From: a virus
Reading direction: 5' to 3' (one strand)
IMG/VR virus record: IMGVR_UViG_3300020112_001619
DNA: 64,000 bases
Part shown: positions 20,597-29,782 of the stretch, piece after piece
Position numbering within the stretch: the stretch's first letter is position 1
How the letters are laid out: every line of letters begins with the position of its first letter
The notes under the pieces: generated by a model
Seen by the model: the letters and a program-made list of their open reading frames with translations, nothing else
What the model was told of the DNA's origin: nothing
The model's database searches: none
Translations under genes and position numbers: made by a program

Positions 20597-20839
20597 ATGT
20601 TATCTGAAGAAATCATATTAAATAATTTCACAAAAGATGAAATAGATCAAATGTTAAAAATACTGCCTAAAGATGAACAAATTGTTATGCGAATGTATTT
20701 TGGAATAACATGTGATAAGCTTACTTTAGAGGAAATTTCAAATATGATAAAAATACCGGTCTGGCGATTAGAACAAGCAAAACTAAACAGCTTGATCGTA
20801 TTGGATGAAACATATGACATAGCAAACAGAATCGCATAA
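20597..20839 (+). CDS. small stand-alone sigma-70 region-4-like helix-turn-helix protein (80 aa)
   Basis: LPKDEQIVMRMYFGI...LTLEEISNMIKIPVWRLEQAKLNSL resembles ECF/sigma region 4. ATG at 20597. Follows a hairpin terminator at about 20531-20575. Confidence 0.45.
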   Translation: MLSEEIILNNFTKDEIDQMLKILPKDEQIVMRMYFGITCDKLTLEEISNMIKIPVWRLEQAKLNSLIVLDETYDIANRIA

Positions 20840-20853
20840 ACGGAGGAATAAAC

Positions 20854-21042
20854 ATGCCTGATAATACAAATCAGATTGATGAGATTATTAATGACATCAA
20901 TGAATTATTAAATAAACTACCTAAAGATCTACCACTTGAAATTGTAGATGAAGAAGGTAATAAAGCATGGCTACATTTAAAAAGTTTAGAATATGATGCT
21001 AACGACAATATCGTAAAAGTATGGTCAGAAGCAACAAATTAA
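20854..21042 (+). CDS. hypothetical protein
   Basis: ORF with GGAGG ribosome-binding site. Confidence 0.4.
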   Translation: MPDNTNQIDEIINDINELLNKLPKDLPLEIVDEEGNKAWLHLKSLEYDANDNIVKVWSEATN

Positions 21043-21057
21043 TTGAGGTGAAACATT

Positions 21058-21582
21058 ATGAAATATGTAAAAATTAATGCGTTATTACCAGTTCAAGAAG
21101 ACTATATTCCAGGCACATGGAATGATAATAAATCTACAAAAGATCAGATAGAATCACAGATATCAAATTCTGTAAGTGATAGCTTCTACGATGACGATTG
21201 TATATTAGACATTTCTTTTGTAGATGATGATACTGAAATGCTTATTGGTGAAACATTATATAATTCTGAAGCAAATGATAATGCCACATTCGTTTATGGA
21301 ATGTGTGACATGAGTGTTGCTGCTGAATTACCTGAAAATGAAGCAATTGAAATGCTTTCTCAAAACATTCTTATGGCTCCAGATAGTGTTACTTACTATT
21401 TATCAAATGCTCGTGAAAACATAGGTATGATTGAACGTAAAATCAAAGAAGATCTTCTTAAGATGCTTGATCATGAATGTGAAGTATTTGATCCAATATG
21501 TGATGGACCTGTAGAACTTGGCGAAGGTATTGGTATGGCCAGAGAATTTATCGAAAATTATTTTAAGGAACGAGGTATTTAA
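21058..21582 (+). CDS. hypothetical acidic protein
   Basis: ORF with GAGGTGA ribosome-binding site. Confidence 0.5.
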   Translation: MKYVKINALLPVQEDYIPGTWNDNKSTKDQIESQISNSVSDSFYDDDCILDISFVDDDTEMLIGETLYNSEANDNATFVYGMCDMSVAAELPENEAIEMLSQNILMAPDSVTYYLSNARENIGMIERKIKEDLLKMLDHECEVFDPICDGPVELGEGIGMAREFIENYFKERGI

Positions 21583-21584
21583 TT

Positions 21585-22400
21585 ATGAAAAAGAGTATGT
21601 CAATTTTATTACTTTTTGTAATGGTGATTAGTCTTGTAGCCTGTGGTAATAACACATCAACAGAAAACAAAAGTGTTGATACAAATAATTTAACACCTGC
21701 TGTTAGTGAAGCAACTGAAACAATTGCTGATACCGTAGCTGAAACAGACACCACAGATACTGTATCTGATGCAACTACTGTAGAAGAAACTACTGAACCT
21801 ATTCAGGTTGTAAATACTACAGATATGATGCAGACAATTTACGATAACCTTCATGCAAAAAATTATCCTGACAGCTTGATTGCTGCTTTAACTGCTTTCA
21901 TCATGCAAAATTCAAATCTTAATCCGGCAGCTGCTGAATTTGCATATGCTGTCCCTGATGCATATCAGGAATTTATAGTTACAACATATGAAAATATAGA
22001 CAGAGAAGAAATTCTGAAATATTATTTTGCTTACGGTGAATATCTTGTAGGTGAAGGTATCTTAACAAATGCATCATTATACAAAGAAGATGCTTATGGT
22101 TACACTGCTGTTGGAATTGGATTACTTGGTTGGATTGGTAACAGAGCTCATGAACTGATCAATTTCACAACAGACCATGAAAAACCTTGGTATGATATTG
22201 ATTCTCAATTAGATTTCATTGATTTTGAAATAAACACCTATTACAATGGAATCGTAATTCCATCATTTGAAGGACTATCTTATGAAGAAGCTCTTGAAAT
22301 TGTAAACGAGAATTATATCAACGCTTCACCTGAAAGCTATGCTGATACTCTCACATATCTTGAAACAGTTGAAGAATTAATGGAACAAATTAATAAATAA
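21585..22400 (+). CDS. lipoprotein (Thr/Asp-rich linker), function unknown
   Basis: Signal peptide MKKSMSILLLFVMVISLVAC with lipobox LVAC. Confidence 0.55.
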   Translation: MKKSMSILLLFVMVISLVACGNNTSTENKSVDTNNLTPAVSEATETIADTVAETDTTDTVSDATTVEETTEPIQVVNTTDMMQTIYDNLHAKNYPDSLIAALTAFIMQNSNLNPAAAEFAYAVPDAYQEFIVTTYENIDREEILKYYFAYGEYLVGEGILTNASLYKEDAYGYTAVGIGLLGWIGNRAHELINFTTDHEKPWYDIDSQLDFIDFEINTYYNGIVIPSFEGLSYEEALEIVNENYINASPESYADTLTYLETVEELMEQINK

Positions 22401-22406
22401 TAATAT

Positions 22407-22432
22407 AAGGCGATATTTATTATCGCCTTTAT
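22407..22432 (+). terminator. rho-independent terminator
   Basis: AAGGCGATA-TTTAT-TATCGCCTT hairpin. Confidence 0.6.
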
Positions 22433-22444
22433 AGGAGAAAAAAC

Positions 22445-22744
22445 ATGATTATTATTGCTATAGAATCATTTAGTTCTGTAGGTACAACTGATGGTATTGA
22501 TATCACAACATTTGATGATGATGTCAAAGCTATTGAATACATCAACGAATTTTTGCCAGACGATGCAATAGACAAATCAAAAACAACTTTAACTGAATAT
22601 GTCGAAGAATTAAAAAATTTTGATAGATATGAATATGAAGAAAAACATGAATCTGATAACAATTTTGATCCATCAGATATTGATTTAGTATTAACTATAA
22701 ACATTGATAATGATCAATTATTCTGTAGTACAGGATATTGGTAA
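22445..22744 (+). CDS. hypothetical acidic protein
   Basis: ORF with AGGAGA ribosome-binding site. Confidence 0.4.
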   Translation: MIIIAIESFSSVGTTDGIDITTFDDDVKAIEYINEFLPDDAIDKSKTTLTEYVEELKNFDRYEYEEKHESDNNFDPSDIDLVLTINIDNDQLFCSTGYW

Positions 22745-22762
22745 AAAAAGGGATGATGTAGT

Positions 22763-23905
22763 ATGACACCACATACAGCAAAACAACATGAAGACCATTT
22801 AGGTAATGTATATCCATCTTTTGCAGACATGTGTAAAGCATATAATAAACCTAGCAATACTGTAAGAAACAGACTTGATAGAAATTGGACATTAGAGCAA
22901 GCATTAACAATTGATAATAAAAATACAGCTGTTAAAGTTAAACCTATCAAAATATGGACTGATCATTTAGGTAATGAATTTCCAAGTGTTCGAGCTATGG
23001 CTGAACATTATGGGATTACTGAAAAAATATTTTGGTCAAGAAAAAGAATACTAAATTGGCCACTAGAAAAAATCTTGACAACACCAATTCAAGATATGGA
23101 CGCTCCGGCAAATGCCATACCAATTGTTTGTAATGGTATTGAATTTAAATCAGTAAATGCATTATGTAAATACTATTGTATACCAAGAACAACTTTTAAA
23201 TTAAGGTTACAACAAGGATATACACCAGATGAAGCCGTAAATATTAAACCGAAAAAAACAAAAGGTTTGGTAAAAACAAAAATAACAGATCCCTGGGGAA
23301 AAGAATTTCCATCTTTGGCTGCATTATGTAAAGAATATCATGTCACTAAAGATTTAGTGAGATCACGATTAGATTTAGGCTGGACTATGGAAAAAATTTT
23401 AACAAATCCTCAAGTCATAGATCCACACAAACCATGTATCGGACCTGACGGAAAACAATACGATGGTTTTAAAATTATGGCAGAATCTTTTGGATTATCT
23501 GAATCAACACTCAGAGGTCGATTAGCTCAAGGATATTCATTAGAAGATGCTATTTATAATTGGGAAAATAACATATTTCATCCTCAAACAGATCATCTTG
23601 GGAATAAATTTAATGCTACAGCTGATATGATGCTTTACTGGAATATTTCAAATAGTTCATATTGGGCTTATATGAAAAGACGAAATATTGTAAATCCAAC
23701 AGATAAAGATAAAGCAAAAGTATTAGACGTTATCAAGCCAAAAAAGAAATTTGCAGATATTACAATTGTAAAAAAAGTTGCAAAAAATTATTATGAGATA
23801 TGTAAAGATAATAAAAATTATATTTGGTCACATGACCAAATATGGAATTATTATCGAAGCACTATCAATATAGTATTTGAGAAAGGAGACTTATGCAATA
23901 CGTAA
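22763..23905 (+). CDS. tandem helix-turn-helix-like (NUMOD1-like) repeat protein, paralog 4 (about 7 repeats)
   Basis: Repeats DHLGNxxPSxxxMCKxYxxxxxTxxxRLxxxWTLEQALT. C-terminal NYIWSHDQIWNYY is related to the 17542 paralog. Confidence 0.6.
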   Translation: MTPHTAKQHEDHLGNVYPSFADMCKAYNKPSNTVRNRLDRNWTLEQALTIDNKNTAVKVKPIKIWTDHLGNEFPSVRAMAEHYGITEKIFWSRKRILNWPLEKILTTPIQDMDAPANAIPIVCNGIEFKSVNALCKYYCIPRTTFKLRLQQGYTPDEAVNIKPKKTKGLVKTKITDPWGKEFPSLAALCKEYHVTKDLVRSRLDLGWTMEKILTNPQVIDPHKPCIGPDGKQYDGFKIMAESFGLSESTLRGRLAQGYSLEDAIYNWENNIFHPQTDHLGNKFNATADMMLYWNISNSSYWAYMKRRNIVNPTDKDKAKVLDVIKPKKKFADITIVKKVAKNYYEICKDNKNYIWSHDQIWNYYRSTINIVFEKGDLCNT

Positions 23906-24216
23906 TCGATAGTAGAAAAGCAGACATGCCACCATATGCAATTGATTGTATCATTCACCATAAAAATTCTGATGGTAGTGACTATTGGACTGCAAATATT
24001 ATGGCAGAATATACAGATACAAACAATGTTAAACACGATAACTTAATCACACATCCGACTGCTTATACAAATGAGTATTCTGAATCAATTGATTGGAATA
24101 AATTGAAAATCATTTTAGAAGAGTTAGGACTTGGCAAAATTACAAAGAAGATGCTAAAATGTGATTTTTATACTAAACGAAATGGTGTATCCACCTATTA
24201 TAAAATAGTAACTTAA
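23893..24216 (+). CDS. hypothetical protein
   Basis: ORF with AAGGAGA ribosome-binding site. Confidence 0.4.
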   Translation: MQYVIDSRKADMPPYAIDCIIHHKNSDGSDYWTANIMAEYTDTNNVKHDNLITHPTAYTNEYSESIDWNKLKIILEELGLGKITKKMLKCDFYTKRNGVSTYYKIVT

Positions 24217-24241
24217 TCGATTCTAAGTAAAGGTATAAAAT

Positions 24242-24859
24242 ATGATCGAAAACTTTGTAACAATTGATGAAACTGAAATATTGGAACGCTTAGGTGAATT
24301 TTGTGGAGACGCTGATGAAGCAAATCTTGCTGAATTTTTACCACAACTTTATACACCTGCAATCATAGGCGTAACAGATACAAAACAAATTGTATATAGT
24401 GCTTCAAGAATGTATACCGTGCTTACAAATAACGGAAAATCACCATCTGAAGCAGATAATGAAATGATTATGATTACAAGTCAGAACAGTAGTGATACCA
24501 GCGAATATAAACCGTTCATTGTGTACGATTTACCTGGATATAACGCATCTGATACAAGAAATAGGACAGATAGTGAATATCTAAAAGACTGTATCAGAAA
24601 TCATTTCAAAAATATACCAGATGTATTAAATAAAATTGGTGTTCTCGATGATTACGCTACATCGATAATCGGTATTGGTGAAGAGTATATATTCTACGAT
24701 CAAGACGAGATGATTCAATATCTTCTTGATGTTGAAAACATGACAGAAGAAGAAGCATGGGATTATTTCTCATATAATACAGAAAGAGCCATGCCTTATA
24801 TTAATGTTCAAGTAGAAAAAGCACCAATAATAGTGTATAATTTTATAGACAATTATTAA
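24242..24859 (+). CDS. hypothetical protein
   Basis: ORF in the coding strand. Confidence 0.45.
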   Translation: MIENFVTIDETEILERLGEFCGDADEANLAEFLPQLYTPAIIGVTDTKQIVYSASRMYTVLTNNGKSPSEADNEMIMITSQNSSDTSEYKPFIVYDLPGYNASDTRNRTDSEYLKDCIRNHFKNIPDVLNKIGVLDDYATSIIGIGEEYIFYDQDEMIQYLLDVENMTEEEAWDYFSYNTERAMPYINVQVEKAPIIVYNFIDNY

Positions 24860-24876
24860 ATTGAGAGGTGTTTATT

Positions 24877-25974
24877 ATGAAAAAATCAAAAATCATGACA
24901 AGCTTTTTGATTGCAACGCTTAGCATGACAATGTTGCTTGTCGGATGTACAAAAGAAACAGTAGAAGAACCAAAATCAAATGTTGAGATTGTCAATGAAG
25001 TATCAGATATGTCTGAATCATTAACTGATCTCATTGATAAGTATGATGATGGCAATGGCGTTCATACTGATTTAACAGAAGAAATGGATCTTCCATCACT
25101 TAATTCGATTCCTGAATATTCTGGAACCGCTTATGTTGAATTGAATAACAACATCCCATATATTCAGATTAGTGAACCAGAAGATGGTAAAGAATATGGC
25201 GAATTTGAACTATATTCAGCACTTGATGATTTAGGAAGATGTACTTCAACATTTGTATGTATCAAAGCAGACCATATGCCAACAGAAGAACGTGGTCCAA
25301 TCGGTAGCGTAAAACCTACAGGCTGGCATACAATTAAATACAATGATTTAATTGACGGTAATTATCTTTACAATCGTTGCCACCTGATTGGTTATCAATT
25401 AACAGGACAAAATGCAAATCCTTGCAACCTTATTACAGGTACAAGATATTTGAATGTAATCGGTATGCTACCTTTTGAAAATCAAATTGCTGATTTTATG
25501 AAGGCAAATCCTGACACGCATGTTCTCTATCGTGTAGAACCACTATTTAAAGATGATGAACTTGTAGCAAGAGGCATTTTGATGCAGGCAAAATCTCTTG
25601 AAGATAATGGTGAAGGATTAAGCTTCTGTGTATTCTGTTATAATGTTCAGCCAGGAATTGAAATTGATTATGCGACTGGTGATTCAAAAGAAAATCCTGA
25701 CATTGTTGCTAATGATTATGATTATAATTCGTCAGAAGTAATTGATGAAGATAATGTATCTGAATTAGAAGCTGACACATCCGTCACAGAAGTAGCTGAA
25801 GACGTTGAAAATATTTATATTGTAAATGCAACAAACGGAACAGTTCATAAATATGACTGTCCAAATCTTCCAGCAACACAAAACAGACATGAATTTGCAT
25901 CATATGATGAAGCAATCGCTGAATCAATCAACATTCATGGAGAAGAAAAATTATGTGGTAATTGTATGAAATAA
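24877..25974 (+). CDS. secreted lipoprotein, DNA/RNA non-specific endonuclease-like (EndA/NucA-type)
   Basis: Signal peptide with lipobox LLVGC. Nuclease-like motif NRCHLIGYQLTG...NLITGTRYLN (RGH-type). ATG at 24877 (ORF track GTG at 24868 lies within the ribosome-binding site). Confidence 0.55.
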   Translation: MKKSKIMTSFLIATLSMTMLLVGCTKETVEEPKSNVEIVNEVSDMSESLTDLIDKYDDGNGVHTDLTEEMDLPSLNSIPEYSGTAYVELNNNIPYIQISEPEDGKEYGEFELYSALDDLGRCTSTFVCIKADHMPTEERGPIGSVKPTGWHTIKYNDLIDGNYLYNRCHLIGYQLTGQNANPCNLITGTRYLNVIGMLPFENQIADFMKANPDTHVLYRVEPLFKDDELVARGILMQAKSLEDNGEGLSFCVFCYNVQPGIEIDYATGDSKENPDIVANDYDYNSSEVIDEDNVSELEADTSVTEVAEDVENIYIVNATNGTVHKYDCPNLPATQNRHEFASYDEAIAESINIHGEEKLCGNCMK

Positions 25975-26078
25975 TACAAACTAACAAATAAATAAAAATA
26001 TAAATAACAGCTGTTATGATACTTATGATACATAAATATCTTAGCAGCTGTTGTTATGTTTATGAGGTTTTATCAACT

Positions 26079-26450
26079 ATGATCGATATAATCAAACCAA
26101 GACATAAAGTAAGTGAAACAACTTATGAAATCTGTTTTTATAAAGACGAAGAAATCTGCTGGGGCTTCCCTGCAGACGAAAATGGCAACTTAATTAAAGA
26201 TGCCAATTATGAAAATTGGAAGCCTAATTATGATAAAGCTATGGCCGATCCAACCTATACTCATAGATTAGAAAAACAAATAAACACATGGACAGAAAAT
26301 GCTCAAGCAAAATGTCATTGTGGTGAAACAATCGAATTATATAATGAGTATATGGGTGCATGTGAATGTCCATCATGTGGTCAATGGTACAATGTTTTTG
26401 GTCAGGAACTTAAGAACCCAAGTGAATGGGAAATGGCTGAAGATTATTAA
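26079..26450 (+). CDS. hypothetical zinc-finger protein
   Basis: CHCGE...CECPSCGQ. Start at MIDIIKP with GAGG ribosome-binding site. Upstream part of the track ORF overlaps the perfect palindrome ATAACAGCTGTTAT. Confidence 0.4.
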   Translation: MIDIIKPRHKVSETTYEICFYKDEEICWGFPADENGNLIKDANYENWKPNYDKAMADPTYTHRLEKQINTWTENAQAKCHCGETIELYNEYMGACECPSCGQWYNVFGQELKNPSEWEMAEDY

Positions 26451-26476
26451 AAATTTCATAACGGAGGAATAATATA

Positions 26477-27073
26477 GTGAAAACTATTAAAGATTTCGCA
26501 AAAAAAGATTTAGCAGCAATAATGTACGTACATTATTTAAAAAATGTTTGTGAAGATAATTTCTCTTTCGACAAAGGTAAAACACGAAAAGAAATTGAAA
26601 AACACTATAAGTCATTATCATTAACGAATGATGAACTAAATGGAATAATTAGTAAAATCACATCTTCTATGGAAGAAGGTACAGATTATGACGCAATGTA
26701 TTTCAGAATAAAAGGTTTAGATGATGACTTCTTCTTACAAATAACTTCTCTCATTGATTATCATGGAAAACGTGCCGGAAATTATAAAGGAAACTGTAAA
26801 TGGGCTGATGTTGGAATGTTCTGGAATGATGGTACCGATTGCGATTTTGAAGATCTACCATCAAGACATTTCTTCGATATTCATGTCACATATAATAGTT
26901 CAAAAGATGGTGATGGATACTCTATTTTTCTTGAAACATTAACAAATGATGAAGATGAAGCTGTTAATTATGCTGTATCAAATCACTTATTTACTGAAGA
27001 AGGCGATGAAGCATATGTCGATTATGTCGACGAAATTGATGAAGAAGATTATCATGACGCAACAGGTAAATAA
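26477..27073 (+). CDS. hypothetical protein (GTG start)
   Basis: ORF with GGAGG ribosome-binding site and acidic C-terminus. Confidence 0.4.
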   Translation: MKTIKDFAKKDLAAIMYVHYLKNVCEDNFSFDKGKTRKEIEKHYKSLSLTNDELNGIISKITSSMEEGTDYDAMYFRIKGLDDDFFLQITSLIDYHGKRAGNYKGNCKWADVGMFWNDGTDCDFEDLPSRHFFDIHVTYNSSKDGDGYSIFLETLTNDEDEAVNYAVSNHLFTEEGDEAYVDYVDEIDEEDYHDATGK

Positions 27074-27180
27074 TTTAATTTATATGTTGAAAACACTTGA
27101 TTCTTATATAATTTTATAGTAAAATATATAAGTCGAAACAATAAACAACAATTTTTTAGATCAGAAAGAGGTGTATACGA

Positions 27181-27420
27181 ATGAAGAAATTCACAATCCG
27201 AATTAACACTATTGAAAGAGTTAAAGATTTTTGCCAGGAGACTTCAAAGCTTATGTGTGATGTTGATGTTATGCATGGTCACTACGTAATTGATGGTAAG
27301 TCTATTATGGGAATCTTCTCACTTGACTTATCAAAAGACCTTGAAATGGTAATTTATTCAGAGGATCCTGCTGTACTTGCACAGGTTGAAGAGAACTTCG
27401 CAAGATTTATTATTAAATAA
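27181..27420 (+). CDS. HPr/Crh-like phosphocarrier-fold protein lacking His15 but retaining the Ser46 (KSIMG) motif
   Basis: Aligns along its length with HPr/Crh: FTIRINT ~ VEVRLKT; DGKSIMGIFSLD ~ NAKSIMGLMSLA; EDPAVLAQVEENF ~ EDEQEALEKLAAYV. The His15 position is not His. Confidence 0.6.
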   Translation: MKKFTIRINTIERVKDFCQETSKLMCDVDVMHGHYVIDGKSIMGIFSLDLSKDLEMVIYSEDPAVLAQVEENFARFIIK

Positions 27421-27447
27421 TAAAAAAAAATCAAAGGAAAAAATCAT

Positions 27448-27762
27448 ATGGATAGTTTAGATCGCATCAAGACTCGTGTAAAACGAGCACTCATATGGAA
27501 TGAAGATAATTGTCGAGACGACGACAAAATACTATATTATATGGTCTGCAGAGATATTTGTTCTGAAGGTGACGTTGAAATAGACTCACTTACATTTAAA
27601 GATGTTATGTATTCAGAAACAATCAGATTTCCATCTATGGAATCTGTTAGACGTTGCAGACAAAAATTGCAAGAAGAAGAACCATCTCTAAGAGGTGCAA
27701 AATATCGTGTACGTAAAAAAGAATTAGAGACGGTTTATAGAGAAACTTTTAAGAAAGATTAA
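27448..27762 (+). CDS. hypothetical protein
   Basis: ORF with ribosome-binding site. Confidence 0.4.
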   Translation: MDSLDRIKTRVKRALIWNEDNCRDDDKILYYMVCRDICSEGDVEIDSLTFKDVMYSETIRFPSMESVRRCRQKLQEEEPSLRGAKYRVRKKELETVYRETFKKD

Positions 27763-27770
27763 TGTATGTA

Positions 27771-27804
27771 AGGCCTATTCAAATATTTTGAATAGGCTTT
27801 TTTG
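27771..27804 (+). terminator. rho-independent terminator
   Basis: AGGCCTATTC...GAATAGGC followed by TTTTTT. Confidence 0.7.
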
Positions 27805-27834
27805 TCTCACAATTAAATATAGGAGAATAAAAAA

Positions 27835-28014
27835 ATGTCAAATGACAATAATCAAATTATTGAAAAGTTGAAACAGATAAGACATGATGCTTCAAAAATT
27901 CGAGAATTAAAATTAGGACCTTGGGACGAACAATATGTAAAAGATTACGTAAATAAAATTTTTGGATCTATTACAAAAATTGAAAATATTGTCACGAATA
28001 TGCCACAAGCATAA
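27835..28014 (+). CDS. small hypothetical protein (59 aa; not in ORF track)
   Basis: AGGAGAATAAAAAA then ATG at 27835. Stop at 28012-28014. Confidence 0.35.
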   Translation: MSNDNNQIIEKLKQIRHDASKIRELKLGPWDEQYVKDYVNKIFGSITKIENIVTNMPQA

Positions 28015-28037
28015 ATTAAAAAATAGGAGGTAATAGT

Positions 28038-29417
28038 ATGATTGAACCATTAGCTTCTATGATGCGACCACAAACTTTAGACGAAGTATTTGGTCAAGAA
28101 CACATTTTATCTTCTGGCAGATTGCTTAGAAGAATGATTGAGGCCGACATATTGTCATCAATTATTTTGTATGGTCCACCAGGTACCGGTAAAACTACAA
28201 TTGCTACAATAATTGCTAACACAACTAATTGTGAATTTGAAGCAATTAATGCAACAACAGCTGGCAAAGCTGATATGGTAAAAATAACGGACAAAGCAAT
28301 CAAAAATCTAAAAGAGAACAATAAACGAACAATTATGTTCATCGATGAAATACATAGATTCAACAAAGCACAGCAGGATTATCTATTACCATTTGTCGAA
28401 AAAGGTATCGTTATTCTCATTGGTGCTACAACCGAAAATCCATATTTTGAAATTAATGGTGCATTGTTATCAAGATCTAAGATTTTTGAATTACATCCAT
28501 TGGACAAATCAGCTATGAGCCAAATTATAGACAGAGCAATTTTGAAACTAAACATAGAAGCAAAAAATATAAATATTGCTTATGATATTGTATTAACACC
28601 AGATGCCAAAGATTTCTTTATCAATATTGCAGATGGTGATGCAAGACAGATTTTAAATGCTCTCGATCTAGCATACCAAACAACTGAATATGATGACGCC
28701 GGTATTATGACGATCAACTTAGAAGTTGCTGAAGAATGTATTCAGAAAAAAATCAAACAATATGATAAAAATGGTGACAACCATTATGATTCTATATCAG
28801 CATATATTGAATCTATCAAACATTCTGAAGTAGACGCAGCACTTTACTATTTGGCAAGAATGCTCGATAGAGGTGAAGATCCGAAATATATAGCACGACA
28901 ATTAATTAAGATTGCATCAAGAGATATTGGAACTGCTGATCCATATGCTTTAACATTATGCGTGAGCACATTTTTAGCAGTAGAACGAGTAGGTATGCCT
29001 GACTGTAAATTCGGTCTTGCTGAAGCCACTGTTTATACATCACTCGTTCCAAAATCTAACACAGTAACATCTGCGTTAGAACTTGCAATGGAAGATGCTT
29101 CAAATCTATCTAACATTGAGATACCAACAACTCTTAAAGATGAATCTTACAAATCAGCATGGAAATTAGGTCACGGTGGCGTATCTGATGTATTTGCATC
29201 ACCTATTAATTACGATGGCTTTGAATGTATGCCTGAAGATTTAGTAGGTAAACGATACTATTATCCAAGTGATTTAGGTAAAGAAATCGACATGAAAAAG
29301 TACAATGATTGGAGATTAAAAGTAAAAGATGCTGTTAATCAATATATCAGCGAACATCCTGAAGATTTAATCCCACAATCACCGAACAGACCGATTAATC
29401 CAAATACACAAAAATAA
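28038..29417 (+). CDS. rarA: RarA/MgsA AAA+ ATPase, copy 2 (diverged paralog of 10329..11609)
   Basis: MRPQTLDEVFGQEHILSSGRLLRRMI...LYGPPGTGKTT, IMFIDEIHRFNKAQQD, and C-terminal YDKNGDNHYDSISAYIESIKHSEVDAALYYLARM. Confidence 0.85.
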   Translation: MIEPLASMMRPQTLDEVFGQEHILSSGRLLRRMIEADILSSIILYGPPGTGKTTIATIIANTTNCEFEAINATTAGKADMVKITDKAIKNLKENNKRTIMFIDEIHRFNKAQQDYLLPFVEKGIVILIGATTENPYFEINGALLSRSKIFELHPLDKSAMSQIIDRAILKLNIEAKNINIAYDIVLTPDAKDFFINIADGDARQILNALDLAYQTTEYDDAGIMTINLEVAEECIQKKIKQYDKNGDNHYDSISAYIESIKHSEVDAALYYLARMLDRGEDPKYIARQLIKIASRDIGTADPYALTLCVSTFLAVERVGMPDCKFGLAEATVYTSLVPKSNTVTSALELAMEDASNLSNIEIPTTLKDESYKSAWKLGHGGVSDVFASPINYDGFECMPEDLVGKRYYYPSDLGKEIDMKKYNDWRLKVKDAVNQYISEHPEDLIPQSPNRPINPNTQK

Positions 29418-29422
29418 TAAAT

Positions 29423-29468
29423 ATATCTCGCTTATTCTTTCAAAAGGATAGCGAGATATTATTTTTAT
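29423..29468 (+). terminator. rho-independent terminator
   Basis: ATATCTCGC...GCGAGATAT followed by TATTTTTAT. Confidence 0.7.
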
Positions 29469-29625
29469 GCAAGTAAATGTAGGCCGCCACATTCGCTACA
29501 AAATTTGTGTGAAATCTTATTTGTTCCTAAAAAGATGTATTACTACATATATTTTAAACATGTAATTATTAGATCTTTTTAATATTATGTGTGATGTAAT
29601 TAGATCATTAAAATCATCGTTAACG

Positions 29626-29658
29626 AACACTTGTTGCTAACGCAACAAGTGTTCTAAC
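29626..29658. promoter_or_regulatory. perfect 13-4-13 palindrome GAACACTTGTTGC-TAAC-GCAACAAGTGTTC (operator or origin-like site)
   Basis: Read directly. Sits in a 365-bp AT-rich intergenic region that also holds direct repeats ATGTAATTA(TT)AGATC at about 29561 and 29594. Half sites resemble GAAC-N4-GTTC. Confidence 0.5.
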
Positions 29659-29782
29659 AATGATTCTTGAACTATCGAACAATCTTATGTTTCTCGATCA
29701 TTTTCAATAAGGGTGTAATAAAAGGATCATATATTTATAGAAGCATATTATTGGCACAACTAATATTTTTAAAGGGGAGAGT

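Noticed and set aside
27070-27180. Specific sigma-70 promoter call upstream of the HPr-like gene
   Set aside because: Several overlapping TTGxxx/TAxxxT combinations exist in this AT-rich spacer with non-optimal spacing, so no single promoter can be chosen by eye.
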